NCBI GenBank assembly: GCA_019828565.1
Contig: JAHDYR010000038.1
Location: 1,064,452 to 1,128,451, forward strand
DNA length: 64,000 bases
Source of the DNA: Carpediemonas membranifera BICM
Taxonomy: Eukaryota > Protista > Fornicata
Direction of reading: 5' to 3'
Numbering within the stretch: position 1 is the stretch's first letter; each line of letters opens with the position of its first letter. A program made the translations under genes and the position numbers. The notes under the pieces are model-generated. The model was not told the DNA's origin. It saw nothing but the letters and a program-made list of their open reading frames with translations, and did no database searches. This document shows, piece by piece, positions 12,138-25,989 of the stretch.

Positions 12138-15100
12138 ATGGAAACGATCAAGATAGCGAGCCTGAACACTGAGGGACACATCGGGAAGGGAAAGGACTTC
12201 ACGGCCTCAATGGCAACGGCTATAAGGATGAAACTGAGCGACACAGATGCAGTATGCATCCAAGAAACGTGGAGGACGGCGAATACGAGGGTACACAACT
12301 TCATAGACTTCGACTACGCAATGGCAGGGAAGGAAACAGAGGAGGAGCTAGCTATGGACAACGAGAGGAGGAAGAAAGAAGCCCAAAGCCAGCGCCGAAT
12401 AGATGCCCAGCTGGGCATAGCAGGGAGCAGTAGCCGGACGCCCAGGACGAGGGGTACTAGAGAAGGAGTGGGCACAATCATCAACCCAAGAGCAAGAGGG
12501 AGCTGGGACGTAGGCATCACAGATAGCTTATCAGGGAGGATACAGGTGAGCATACTCAGAACCCATAGGGACATCCTGGTGATCAACGTGTATGGCCCAC
12601 CGGTCGGCCACGGAAGGGAGGAGAAGGACGAGTTCAGGGACGGAATAAGGAGCATTATGGAGATGAAAGGAGAGATGGAAACAATCATCATAGGGGACTG
12701 GAACCTCGACCCCAAAAGGATAGCCACAATGGCAAGATGGAAGGACCTGATCAGGGACTATAAGCTGGGAGCAGTGATCCCCATGGAAGGTACCCTCACC
12801 AAGGGAACTACCACTCCGGACTTCGCGCTGGTATCATCAGGGATCAGAGGAGCAAGGATAGAAGTACTGGATGCTAGTCGACTCGGAGTCTGGGGGTCAG
12901 CCCACAACATGATAAGACTGGAATGGAGGGAACAACGGATCCAACGGACTACAAAGAGAGAGGAAGTCCTAGACATACCGGGCGTCAGAGTGTGGAACAT
13001 GAGGAAGAAGGCTGAACGCACATCAGTCAGAAGACTGCACCGTTTTAAGAGCCTGGATGAGTGGGAGGAGGATATCAGGAAGGATATGGGCGAGCCGTCA
13101 GGTCACCCAGGCAGTGGAGACAGGGAAGAGGTCATCAAAGAAAAGGTGTGGTCGGAACTCCGGCACACACCATGGACAGAAGAGGGAAACAAGACCAGAA
13201 GTGAGATCATGAAGCGTGAGCTACAGGCCTTCTGGGGAAAACGCAGGGAAGAGTGGATCCAGGACCTCAGCCGGAGCGCGAAGGAAGGATACAAAGCATC
13301 CAGGTCCATGGTGGAAGCAGCGGTAAGAAGATGGTGGTGTGAAAACCAGTTCAAGGGCATGCCAGAGAGCATACTGAAGGACGGGAAGATTACCACCAAC
13401 AAGGAAGAAATAGGTAAGATCCTCCTACAACAGTATGCAGGAGTGAGCAGGGGCAGGGAACCGGAGTGGAAGGATAGAGGCAATGGAAAGAGGGAGGACG
13501 AATTTAAGGAGAGAGAAATACGAGAAGCGATCAGAAGGATAAAGAGGGACACTGCACCGGGACCGGACCACACTACAGGGGACATGCTCAGGGACACAGA
13601 TGACCAGGGGATCGCTCAGATAACTAGGCTCATGAACAGGGTATACAGGGAGGGCAAGATCCCGACAACATGGAAGCATGCTACAGTCTCGGCCATCCAC
13701 AAGACAGGGAAGCCCAGAGTGAAGCCGGAGTCGTACAGACCCATCTCGCTAACACCACTACTGTATAGGGTGTATGGTAGGCTCCTGAAGAGAAGATTAG
13801 AAGCAGCCACATGGCACCTCATCCCAAGAGAGCAAGCAGGGTTCCAATCGGATAAGGACGTAATACAACAGATACAATACATCGTGCAGAGACACCAGGA
13901 AGGGGGGGAGACCACGTCGATCTTCCTAGACATAGAGAAAGCCTATGACACCGTCCCGAGGGACATCCTCATGGATAAGCTGCAGGGAATGGGGGTCGAA
14001 GACCACCTCATCAGGGCAATACAGAGTACACTAGAAGAGACATGGATCTCGGTGAAGGGGGCAGGGTCATGGGAGAGAACAAACAGGGGAGTGAAGCAAG
14101 GATGTGTCCTAGCGCCGACCCTGTTCGTTTTGTTCATGGCAAACTGGCCTCACCTGGTCAGGAAGAAGCATCAGGGACAAGAGTACGATATCAGGGAACC
14201 ACCAACGGAGTTACCAAGAGCCCGGGACACGCTGCCGGCCACCCTAACCATGTTCGTGGACGATACAGCGGTCACAGGGGAGAACACCGGAAAAGAGCAA
14301 GATAGTGGCGAACCTAGTCATAGAAGTTATCAAGGAGCACCTCATGAGGGCAAATGCACAAAAGAGTGAGATGATCAGTGTAGACAGGGCAGCAGTGGCG
14401 AGAGTGGGGGAGTTACCCTAATGGCAAAAGAGGAAGCTAAGTACCTAGGTCTCTGGATAGCCAGCGGAAAAGACCCACTGGCAGCCTGTATCAGAAAGAA
14501 GCGGGAGCAGAGCGAAAGGTACAAGAAGCTAGTGAGAAGAGTGGGATGGACCAGAGGCAACATGCCGGCGCTAGCCAGCAGGCTCCTCCTCGAAGTTTAC
14601 ATATGGCCGAGGATAATGTTTGGAGTGGAGGTGTGGGGCTACGCAGCAGGGGGGAACAAGATATGGACGGATTGGCAGGGCATCATGGCCGGAACAGGCC
14701 CAGGTGGGGGCTCGGTCATGCGCATCTTGAACGGATGGATGGACCTGCAAGCCCACCTGGAGATGCTAGCAGTCAAGAGGATCGTGACAAGCAGGGGCCA
14801 GGATATACCAATCAGAGACAGGGTCTGGAAGGAGGGATCGATTATGTGGAAAGCCAGGGACTCAGTGAACGCACTCCTCAGAGGAACAAGAGAGGGAGCA
14901 ACGAATGCAGGGAAGATAGACTTTGGTAGGGAGATGGTAAGAATGAACTGGACCAGGAGGTGCAAGAGCAAGACAGCGGTGGGGCTCATGGAAGTCCTAG
15001 GACCCAAACGTATGGGAAAGTGCATGGCGGGGAAACCGGCCATAAGTAGGAAGACAGGGAAGTGGCAGTCAAGGGCAGAGTGGAAAAGGATAGTGTCGGT

Positions 15101-15564
15101 GGCAGCGAATGTCAGCCCGTCTCCATCATCAGCGGAAAGGGGAGAAGGCCCAGAGCGAGCGCTGGCGGACCTGGCGATGGGTGAGGAACTCAAACACAAG
15201 ATACAAAGGAGGTGCCCCCTGTGCACAAAGGAGAGCGAGATAGAGTTACTGTGGCAAATAGCGAGAGAGCAGCCAAACCAAGCCAGGAAGCAGGCACTAA
15301 TCAGGGAGTGGGTAAGGGGTCAGCCGCTGGGATCGGCGGCCCACATTATGTGTGAGTGCCCAGAGGTTGAAAGAGGAGATGACTGGGAAAAGATATGGAA
15401 GACAGCTAAGGAGAGGACCAGGGAATTGCAAGTCAGAAGAGGCCCGAATGGGAGGTGGTATGAGAAGAGGCCAATCTTAGAGGTGCAACAACTAGTGTTA
15501 ACAGGGTCGGAAGAGATATGGGAAGGACTGCGAGCTGGGCTGAGAGCCCTGGCAAAGGTCTATG
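12138..15564 (+). CDS. LINE A ORF2: APE endonuclease, RT and C-terminal CCHC (frameshift near 14290; last codons at 36487-36509)
   Basis: CIQETW, NVYGP, GDWN, PDFALV, SAH; YRPISL, DIEKAYD, GVKQG, FVDD; CPLC...HIMCECP. Confidence 0.93.
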
Positions 15565-17260
15565 CATACTGTCAACATCCCTAGATTATCTTTGCTAAAC
15601 CCTAGATTATCTTCGACCTCAAAAAGCTAGATAATCTACGGTTGCAAGAAAAAATGAACTCGACGATGAGCCGGAGCTGGATCTTCAAAGTGGTATGGTA
15701 GTACTTGGCTATACCTAAGCAATACGCATGCGCAGTATCAAACTTTAAATCCTGCTAGAAAAAAGTAACATAGGGACAAATTGGAATTGAGAGTTGAGAC
15801 TCAAAAAACGGGCAGGGGGGAGGAAATGGTCCATAAGTACGCCTTATGGGTCGCTTCCTCCCCTCTGCCCCTTTTTTATCGCAAAATCGATTTGCCGGAT
15901 TTGACACACGTTTGATGTGATCAAAATGGATTTGATAGACATGGGTCCAGATCATGCAGTTGGCCATCCTGAAGCGCTAGGGCGGTCTGCAGACCGCAGC
16001 AATGCCTCTGCTGAATGCCCTTCGCCTGACGGACAGGACGCGCGTTGACTCTAAAGGACTGCATGTTTCGGCATTAAAAGAAGGTGTGGAATACAACGGA
16101 GTCATCGCCGAACCGCTCCGACCAAGTCGGTTATTAGGACATCGCGTTCAGACGCCCTCTGCAATTACCAAGTCAATAGATGGGAGTCGACCTGATCAGC
16201 ACGTCATTTGGGGCCTCAGGTGACACTATAGCTGAGTTTGGCTGGGCGCTGCTGCGGCCATGGGCCGCTAGCGCGCTGATTGGCTCGTTTCTCCTCGTAT
16301 AGCTGCCGTAGAGGTCTGATCTGAGCCTCGTTCATACTGTAAGAATGGCTAGAGTCTCCCGGGAGATACTCTGGAGATACTCATGTGTCAACGCTGGTCA
16401 AACCTCGCGATCCAGGCGATCTCAGACACCTCCAGAACATCTAGAAGGTAGTTATAGAAGCATAAAAGACATGTCTGGCGTCTTGAAGTATCACATGGTG
16501 TCAGTGTTGATAAAAGAGGATAACGCATTTTATGTTGTAAATGTGAAGTGCTCGTTCGAACATGGGATCTTAACAGCGGTGTTTTATAGCTAATAGCAAT
16601 GCCCTCTGAAGTTTTCAGCCTCCAGTATCTTCTACTTCCGTATGAATTAATGATTGAATCAAGAGATTGAGAAAATGAAGACTTCCCCACAAAAACCAAA
16701 CATGGGGGGATAATCCATGGGGGTCAAGTACTATCCGTACATACTCAGGTTCTGTGGGGAAGTCTTCATTTTCTCGCATTCGAAAAATCTGCAAAATTTT
16801 ATCAACGATGAGATGGTCTTGGAAGATTGTGCTAACAACAGAGGTGTAACTAGATCAACAAAGGATCATGGAACCCTTGGTTTGTCCTAACGCCCGAAAC
16901 AGTGCCCAAAGAGCTCGTGACACAGGTGAACGCCAGAAAGAAATGAAGTTGCTCAGAGTGTACACCATATTGTCCTAGTTCCAATACTTTTTACCATTTT
17001 CTTCCAGCTGCTTTCGTTGGCGAGTTTCATTTTTTCTTACCGTTACTTCCGCAGTATCTTGCAAGATTCAGGGGGAAATTCAAATTCACTTTTCCTTTGA
17101 GGGCAAAGCAGAATTGCGCAATAACGCATCAATGGGTATGAGAAGCATAGAATACGTATAAAACTCAGTGTAGTTGCTGCTCACAACTTTTTGGAGGAAA
17201 CAGAGCAGCGGAAGCCCCAAACCAAAAATCTTTCACAAACTCTTGTGAAACTTGTGAAAT

Positions 17261-19832
17261 GTGAAAGTGACTTCAGCAAAAATTCCTGAGCATGCACATT
17301 GTCATACAGACCTTCATTGGCACTGTCTACGACAATACTGGCCCTCCAAGGACTGCAGAGCGTATGAACTACATTCTCGCTCATACATACCTCTCCCTTG
17401 TTGGTATTGGCGGAAATACACAGGATCGAGGGCCGCCAGCGCCGAGAATTCCGTGAAATCATCTTGGAAATGGCTAACCAGGGCCTATTTGCGGACATGG
17501 AGGTCGATCCGAGATTTTTCGCCGACCCGCACGACTCTCGACCCTTCTTGCGTGCAGTACGTTCCCATAGAGGAGTCGCCCCGACCTTCGATGTCTTCGT
17601 ACGTGACCACGCGCGTATTGCTGTCACCCACGAACGCTTGCGGAGACAGCACGAGGTCTCAACTGAGGAAACTGACAACTACAAGCAGATTTTTGGAGCT
17701 TGTTTCTATCCTGATGTACATCAAGTCGGGTTGTAACGCAACCCATGAGCTCTTTAAGCTCATCCGTAGTCTTTCTGCGCGACTTCATATGCCAATCATC
17801 TCCAGCAAGGCTGCTGATATCTTCGTGAAGCAGTTGCAGGTCAATATCACCAAGATCAACGGCCTGGTTGCAGCGCTGACTAGACCAGAGGTTGCTTTCT
17901 TGGGTCATCTCGTCCCTGTGGAGTCTGTCACAGTCAACACGACCTGGCGGTGGGGCAGAAATGGCACAAAGTCGAGACTCGAGTGCACCAATCGCCTAAC
18001 GGTGGACGAGGGTGTCGATATCCAGCCCCTGACGGACGCGGAGAACGTCATTGACTTCAAGTGGGAGAAGCCAATGCTTGATCTTCACTACGAGACGAGC
18101 GATGAGGCCACAAGTCATCGCCCTGAGCTCAAGCAGACCCAGGGAGTCACCCTCGGCAAGCGGCTCAACAGCTCCACATGGGACAAGGTTGATCGAGTCT
18201 GGTTTGATGCCGTTCGTTACCTCAAGCAAGCTGTTCGCCACCCGGAATGGCTCGAGTCGGACCAGCCCAACTACGTTCGATGCAAGAATGCCCTTGGCAA
18301 CAGGGTTGGAGTCACGTTTAGCCCCATGAAGATCCTACTATGGCTTGACGGGTGGAAAGGGGGTTCTGCTGCCTTCAAGCTCCGCATCTACGACCCCACA
18401 GGCTTCACATTCCCCAACAAGATTACTCCACCTTTCCGTATAGTCGAGTATATGGGTAGCGAGGGTGATTTGTTGATGGAAGAGTCTCTTTCTCGCGTCG
18501 AGAAGGAGATTGAGCGCCTATACACGAGTCAGATACCCATCAGAGACACTGGTGAGGTCACGATCTTCGACCATGTCATCGTCATGGGCGATCATGCCGC
18601 CCTCCGCCACATGCTGTCCAGAAAGTCGGGCCGGCCCAACTATCCACACCCTTGCAACACGATTTACCACAAAAGTAAGGCGCTCCACCCGATAGCAGGC
18701 CGCCATCGTCTCACCATCAAGGACAACCTGGACGATAAGACAGCATACCAGGCTGAAGTCGACGACCCGAACCGAGTTCAAGATGTACTTGCAATCTATG
18801 GCGATTTCACCAATGAACGCATGGTATTCGAGAATTGTAGTGTCATCCCTCTTGAGAAGATCGTCATATGCCCTCCATTCATGCACGACTCGCACCGTTT
18901 ACTCGAGCAGGTTGCCCATATCTGTGGTTCTTTCAAGAAGCATCCCACCACCCGCGGGTCCCGCGAGGAGATCATCCAGAATAAGCTCCTCAACCTCAAG
19001 CTTGGCCGTATGTCGTCCATGCGAAGCATCGATAGGACCGTAGGTTGTAACGAGCAGTCGTCCGCACGTGTAAGGATGGCTGCCACGACCCAAGAGGACT
19101 ACGTTGCTCTCCCTGAGTGCATTCAAGATATCATTCGGCTCATTGGCTACCTCCAGGCCATGTACTACTCGTCCGAACCTGTGACTGACGCGGCTGTCGC
19201 GTTTCACTTCATGGCTGCCGCAGTGGCCCACCTCATTCACGTCACGATTGCGTTCATTCCTAACAAGGATAAGACTTCCATATCCCTGCTATCAAGCAGC
19301 GAAGCGAAGACGAAGGAGAAACCGTGCGCTGAGAACCTCTACAGCATCAGCAGACTCACGACGCAGCCCCTGTGCCACAAGCATCTCAAGGTGCCGCTGT
19401 TCTATATCCTAGAGGAGTACTTTGAGCGAGAGTTCATCAAGAACCAGGAGGTAGCAGCCAAGTTGCACAGGAAGGCAGTCCTTGAGGGCATTTGCTTGAT
19501 CGAGCAGACAACTCTCGCGTGTTCCTTCCTGACGGGCATGCGTTCTTTTTGGTCGGCAGGACTACTCTGTCCCCCAGCTCCAGCGACTCAAGTGTGTGCG
19601 AGTTCACGACTGCTGTAAGGATGCGAAGCATTGGTTTGGTGTCCGCACACTGACCACCGTGACCTTCGAGCCAACTCGTGAGATGATCCAGACCTTTCAG
19701 GAGACTGTTGATGAAGTGTGGGAGTTTGTAGAAGAGCATACGACGCTGACGTGGGGTGAGGGAGGGCACGATGTCATGCAGTCTGGCGGACCATGGCATA
19801 GAGTTAGTTTGCTGCCTGTGTGGAGAGTGTAG
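17261..19832 (+). CDS. CMC/EnSpm-like transposase, frameshifted (N-terminus probably in the 17398-17736 frame, C-terminus in 19596-19832)
   Basis: LWLDGW, MGDHAAL...NYPHPC, PPFMH, EEYFER; homologous to 2852-5467 throughout. Confidence 0.75.
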
Positions 19833-20074
19833 CAGACAGAATTGAGGCATCCGCGTGATATAAAGTGATGTAAGATGGTTCCGTGATAAATTCATTCATT
19901 TTTCATATGTGCCACTTTTTTTCATGAATGGCACATTTCACATTTCGCAGGTTTCACAAAAGTTTGTGAAAATGAACCAAACGGGGAAAGAATCTTGGAC
20001 AGAGGATACTCTTGCAGCCCATAAGGCTTATATACAGTACGTAAGACTTTCTGATAAGTCAGACATCATCCCCA

Positions 20075-20828
20075 GTGTCCGTACGTTTTTTTAAGCAGGA
20101 CGTTGCCACGAGAGGAGTTGATGACATCGATCATCGCTTCTTCATGTTTGTTCACCCAGTGTTGCCCAGGTATTTACCCAGATTGGTTGCGATTCGTGAC
20201 TGCAAGACTGATTCCATCATTTCGGCCTTGTTGCTCACGAAGGAGTCATACAACACCGAAGCTACTGATGAAACCCCTTCCGAGCTGCGCCAGGACTTAT
20301 ATGTTGTGGTTATTCGCACGGCATTCTATGCCAGGGGCAATGGTCTCGCCACGATTCTTCTTTCGGTTGCCTCTGCCGGACAGAGGATCCGCCTGCAGTG
20401 TGTAAGTTCTCTTGTGCCAGCCTACCAGCGTATGGGGATGTCCATCTCCAAGCAAAAAGTCCACGATGGAGTACCTGGATGATGCGAAACTGGTGACCAT
20501 GGAGGCAACATACGGCCCGAACAAGTGGACGAAGCTCGGTGAGAGTCTCGTTGCTTGCCATGGATATGCCATGAAGTCCTGGAGGGCTCCCCCGTCCGTC
20601 GACTACGGTACGGCTTTTCACTTCTGTGGACCAGGTCCAGCCTCCCCAAAGAGAACCCAAGCCACCCAACCCACCCTGCCCACCAAGCCCTCGGACAAGC
20701 TCAACCGCTACATTAAGCGTCTGAGGAAGAGTGTTACCCCGCACCCGACGCGCAAGAAGCAACGTGAGATAATCATCGCCCTTTACGACAGCAACCGAAG
20801 GGATTTGGTCCAAAAAGATCGTGGATAA
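20075..20828 (+). CDS. GNAT-family acetyltransferase-like protein (split ORFs)
   Basis: Motif A ARGNGLATILL and LVPAYQRMG. Confidence 0.6.
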
Positions 20829-20951
20829 GAGATCAAAGATGCGTAAGGATTACCAGAAAGAGAACTATTTCGAGGAAGAGTGGTACCATCTGCTGTCTGA
20901 GAAGGAAGATGAGGAAGAGAATGAAGATTAAATGAAGAAGCAGTCGATTTA

Positions 20952-21639
20952 TTACTCATTTGAGTTGACGTTAGCTGCGTGGAAGAGCAGGAGGCTCGCG
21001 TAAACGGGTATACGCAGAACATCACGAGCCTCTGCAGCGGCACGGGCAGCGTTCCTCTTCTCAATCACAGCGGCGAGGTCCTTGAAGGTCTTCGAGTGCT
21101 TCTTGAGGACAAGCTGCGGACGCTCGAAGATGAGCTTAGAGTCCTTGCGGCACACACTCTCCAGAAGGACCTCTCTGACCTTGTCGACAGAGATACCAAG
21201 CCTCTGGGCGACGAAGGCGTAAGCGCGGGGGCGGACCGACTGAGGGATGCCGTGGAACAGCTCGCGGTACTCACGGACAGTTGCCAAGAGAGGGGCTGCC
21301 ATGGTCGACCTCATCTCCTTCGGCGTCCAGGCTGATGAGGGCCCTGAAGCGCTTCTCCTTGGCCTCAGAAGACTCGCCCTTGAACTGCGCCATGATCTTC
21401 TCGATGCTGTCGAGAGTACGGAACTCCGCTTCATCCCTAAGATCCTCCGGAACGAATGTGGGGAGGTCATTGGGGCGTCTGTCAACCACCTCATTGCAAA
21501 TGCGGTTTCCGGTGGCGACATCGGCAGCGGAGATGCTTCCAGCAGCGTGCTCCTTCTCTAAGTAAGTAGAAATCATCTCCACAGCGTTTAGACGCTTTCT
21601 GCCCTTGCTCTTAGCAGAATTACTCCGTTTCGGAGGCAT
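20952..21639 (-). CDS. Hypothetical protein (split ORFs 21271-21639 and 20952-21521)
   Basis: Overlapping ORFs with an N-terminal PPKR NLS-like start; no domain recognised. Confidence 0.45.
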
Positions 21640-22338
21640 AACGTTTCTTCAAGGTGCACTTTATGCTCGCAACGAAATTAGAAAACCAAACGAAGAAAGG
21701 AGAAGAGTATCGATCCTCAAACGCTGGCAAGCATGTGTATATCACTAAAAACAACATCATGAGAGCTCTGTGGCCTCGAATGGCCTGTAATAGAACCTAA
21801 ACAACATCAACAATTGTAACTCGTCGAGGAAGCGTTGAGATGAACTATAAACGCGGGAATGGATCAAACAATGGATTTAAGAGTGGCATACAAGGCCAGA
21901 ATACCGCAATTATCGTCCGTTGATCCACGTGACCTCCATCTTGGTCGGTATCCAGAGAAAGCCCTTCAGACGCTCGCAACACAACATTTAGAAGACTTAT
22001 CGTGAATGGCTCCTTCCATGATGGACCTTCACCTGGACATGCCATCTCTGACATGTCCAATGGTCTCCATTGAGCTCGCATTCATCCCTCTGAGCATCCG
22101 CCCCATGGTCCAATCAGATGCCCAATCAAAATTCTGCACCGAAGTGCCCCGAGGACCTCCTCTGAGTTCATAAGGCTCTCAGAGCCTTATACACCAATTC
22201 GAAATCGTGTATAAGGCTCTCAGAGCCTAATGAATCTCCCGCGCCGTTGCCTACTGATACTGGTCATTTTTCCGCATGGTTTATTAGGCTCTCAGAGCCT
22301 TATGAATTTTTTCATTAGGTCCTGAGAGCCTTATAATC

Positions 22339-23712
22339 ATGCAATCGGTTTTCGACTTCTACATGCTCTTGAAGCGTTCGAAAACGTTTGGTAAGCAGTT
22401 CTTTATCTTCTATGACAGCGCTGAGATCAGTCAGGCCTCATCAAACGCGCAGGAGATGATCAAGTGCTCACTTCTTCGTAAGTTCCTTCTGCCCGATGAC
22501 AAGATCCTCACCGCCCTTCTTCGTGATCGTAAGTACTTTCCCCATACCTTTTTACACAGATATTGGCTGGAAAACGCTTCGCAAGCTCTTCAGGTCGCCT
22601 CACCTTATCCTGCACCTAAGAGAAACTGCCGAGGCTCAGCTTGAGCTGATCACGACATCGGCTGAGCTGAAGAAGGTCATGGGAGATCATGCCTACGACA
22701 GCCTTGTCCAGAAGGTCCGCCGAGAAGTGTCTTCGGATCACGAGCACGACGTTGGAGGTAAGTACTCCAAATAACTCCTGCTTATTCAGTCCTTTCGCTG
22801 CTCCGTGAGCGCATAATGCGCAAGGTGAAGCCAGGAAGGTCGGGGGTCGTCCGTTCGTTCAAGAACAACGCCGAGCCTGAGCTGTCGGACCCGGTCGACG
22901 TGCAGTTCGACCGGATAAGGCACCTGGACGCGCTTCTGATGGACTCTCCCGTCCACAGAAGTACCCTGAGTGGCACATCGCGCCTCCTGCGCCACCATCT
23001 TGCCGTGGAACACAACGGTGCGATCCGTGATTTGAAGAGGGAGCTTTGGCGAGCCCGGGCCAAGATTGAAAAGCTCGAGACGGAGAAGCTTGTGCCCTTG
23101 AAGAAGGAGGCTGAGGTCATAGACCTGGATCGGGAGGCTTTGGTGGCCGCAGACCCCAAAGATGACGTCCAGACCATCATGGAGAAGACCGCTAAGAAGT
23201 TTAAGAACGATACAAGCTCTCTGAAGCGGTCTGAGGTGCCTGGGGATGGCTCATGCATTCTCAGCGCCATGCATCTCATCAGGACTGGGTCCCAGCCTAC
23301 TGTTGGTGAGAAGCTTCAGCTGTACGAGGACATCCGATCCTTCTGTGAGGGCAAGGGGTTCGAGGGCGACCCGTTCTCTGAGATGCCTGGCTCCCCTTTC
23401 CCCTGGGCAGACCATGAGGCCATCCAGGCCAGTGTAGAGCTGAGTCACACTCCGGTAATCATCACCCAGATCGACGAGGACCTTACCTGCCTCTGGGTCC
23501 ACAAAGGTTGGGAAGATTCAGAGTTCTTGCCCATCCAGGATGCGACGCTGGACAAGATCTTAGGTCTTTGTGAGAGCATGAAGCTCACTCAGTTCATCGT
23601 CATCGAGAATCGTCATGCCTGTGTCTACAGTCTTCCGGACCGCAAGCGCAAGGCAGCTGCCGCAGAGCCCGAGAAGCGTGCTACTCGTCCGGAGGATGTC
23701 ACCCGCTCATAA
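22339..23712 (+). CDS. OTU-like cysteine protease with N-terminal extension; 32-nt intron at 22758-22789
   Basis: VPGDGSCILSA...W...IENRH OTU motifs. Removing GTAAGT...TTCAG joins ORF 22496 in frame to ORF 22816. Confidence 0.7.
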
Positions 23713-23785
23713 ATGATTGATTGAATTGATATCTCTTCAAGTTTATTCACTCTTGCCTTGAGTCATGCGCGCAGTGTGGAAGCGC

Positions 23786-24797
23786 TTACGGGCGGGGTTG
23801 GACTTGGTCTTCCGCTTGCGGGGCTGCGGCTTGACCTGCAGTATTTTTGAACTGCTCCACCTTTCGAGCGAGGTAGTGAGGGTCATCTATGGCGAGACTC
23901 TTGAAGCGAGCAACCGGGTGCTCCTCTTCATCGGCCTCAAAGTAGGTCTCGCCATAATCGATGCGCAAGAACTCGCCGCGAACGATGTTGGCAGTGGCCC
24001 TGACCGATATCACTGGCAGGCCATCCACCAAGACGTCCACGAACTCACAGTTGACATCGTCAGGGCTGTGGTTAATCAGGTGGACACCCGCTGCGGCCGA
24101 CATGGCATCGACGGCGACCTGACTGTCAGCGAATGACATGCTGTGTAATGGTAATGGAATATGCGAAACAAACACCATCTGGCCGTTGTTGCTGGCCGTC
24201 TCAGCATCGGGAATCAGCTTCCCGAGGTATATGCCGAGACATGTGCCAGCTGAGATATCCTCAGTGGCAATCATGCCTCGGCCGACGCTCTGCGTCCGGT
24301 TGAGGGCCGGATGGTCGGGCTCCTGGGTCAGACGGGGGTCGCAACGGGTCTCGGATGAGATCCAGGCCGGAGCAGGAATGGCCTGAAGGCTTATCTCATC
24401 CGAAATCAGCCGCTTGACGTCCTGCAGGTCTGAACCCGGGTAGAACATGCGTCCACCTAGGGTGGACGTGCATGACGGACCCCTCGACGGAGTCCTCCTC
24501 GGCTTCAGACGAGCTGGATGAATGGGAAGGCGACTCGGGAGGCGGAGGAGGAGGAGAATCTTGCTCCTTACCATCCTCGGGCGACTCGGGAGGCGGAGGA
24601 GGAGGTGATGCTGCCGTTACAGTCGTTTCCGCAGGACGTTGATCCTGCGGAGAAGCAGATGACACAAAAGTGTCGTTGAGTGGATTTTGAATCCTTCTCT
24701 TACCTACCGGTTGCTGCTTCCTTGCGGACATCTTTCTTCTCGCCATATCTTCGTTCTCTTTTTTTCTCGCAACTCCCGATCCGAAGAACAGGCGCAT
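23786..24797 (-). CDS. SET-domain lysine methyltransferase
   Basis: GRGMIATEDISAG...YLG, LINHS, IVRGEFLRIDYG; Pro-rich N-terminus in the adjacent frame. Confidence 0.88.
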
Positions 24798-24848
24798 CGC
24801 TGATCAGATCCGAACAATACTGCAGTAGCATGCATAAATAGTGTAGCA

Positions 24849-25946
24849 ATGAAGGTATACCTCTTTACTTGGATCAAAAGCTTGTCCTTTGCTTCAAATC
24901 AAAATGTGCCATTCATGAAAAAAAAATTGGCACATTGCAAATGGACGAGAAATACGGAGAATTCGGCACGCGACGCATCAGTAAGGACCAAGAAGTCTTT
25001 GAATGTGTCTGTGGTAAGGTTCAGCTCAGGCGTGGACATCGCGGGATCGGTTTCAAGTCTTCTTCCTCTCACGAGTGTCCTTTTTACAACAGAGAAGTTG
25101 ATTAACCGACGGGTGCTAATCACCATCGAGCCGCTGCATGGTTTCGAGACCCCGACTCAGCCCTACCCCGTCTTCCGCGTGGAAAGTCTTGCCAACTCAT
25201 CTGGCTATCACTTCAAGCTCAAGACGGCTCTAGAGCTCGTTGATGATGAGTGGCTGACTGCCGTTGCCCGCACCTTTAAGTCTACGTCCCATCTGGCCGA
25301 GGTACTTGAGGAGTTGGCGTCGCAGTACTCTAACTTCGACACTTACTGGGTGATATCGGGTCATTCTGATACAGAAACGTCGCGTATGATCATTGATACG
25401 TCTACGAACGAGTTTCTGTATCACCATGATCTGGTCCAGCTCATCCTCAGGTCATTCGAGAGCCCTTCCTTGGTGAGATCGACGCGTGTGCGTCTGATTT
25501 ACTTTGCCACCTGCTCCGGACTCGACAGATCTGAGGAGTCTCAGCTGTGCAGTGCTATTTCGACAGCCAAGTACAAGAACACATGCATTATCCTCACTCC
25601 TGAGAAGGTTCTGGCGCATGAGCTTGTTCTCCAGGACGCCTATTGGCTCTACCGCGTGACATGCCTCGACAATCCTCTTTTCTTTCTGACGAAGTACTTC
25701 TCTGGCTATCGTTTCGCGCCTGGCTCAGCAGGAAGACGGATTATAGCCAATGGTTCCTTGTCATTTCCCAACGAGGCCAGGGTCATCATGTCTGAGACTA
25801 GCTATGCCCGGCCCATTCCTCTTCCTGAAATGCAAGACATCGTTTCTGATGTCAACGAGTATGACCCGTTAAGAACCGACCAGAGAAGACTTATGAATGA
25901 TCGATACATAAGCATGATGACCCGTGCGCTTGAGAGAGACGTGTAG
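24849..25946 (+). CDS. Possible caspase/CHAT-fold cysteine peptidase
   Basis: Hydrophobic strand + SGH (WVISGHS) and hydrophobic strand + C (LIYFATC), the clan CD dyad pattern. Confidence 0.5.
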   Translation: MKVYLFTWIKSLSFASNQNVPFMKKKLAHCKWTRNTENSARDASVRTKKSLNVSVVRFSSGVDIAGSVSSLLPLTSVLFTTEKLINRRVLITIEPLHGFETPTQPYPVFRVESLANSSGYHFKLKTALELVDDEWLTAVARTFKSTSHLAEVLEELASQYSNFDTYWVISGHSDTETSRMIIDTSTNEFLYHHDLVQLILRSFESPSLVRSTRVRLIYFATCSGLDRSEESQLCSAISTAKYKNTCIILTPEKVLAHELVLQDAYWLYRVTCLDNPLFFLTKYFSGYRFAPGSAGRRIIANGSLSFPNEARVIMSETSYARPIPLPEMQDIVSDVNEYDPLRTDQRRLMNDRYISMMTRALERDV

Positions 25947-25989
25947 TAAACAGATATATATACAATTTATGATCATCTCTCACTAAACA

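Noticed and set aside
8905-15584. Single chimeric DIRS-LINE element with two RTs
   Set aside because: The 15-bp TSD and the resumption of the DIRS frame at 37283 show a simple nested insertion
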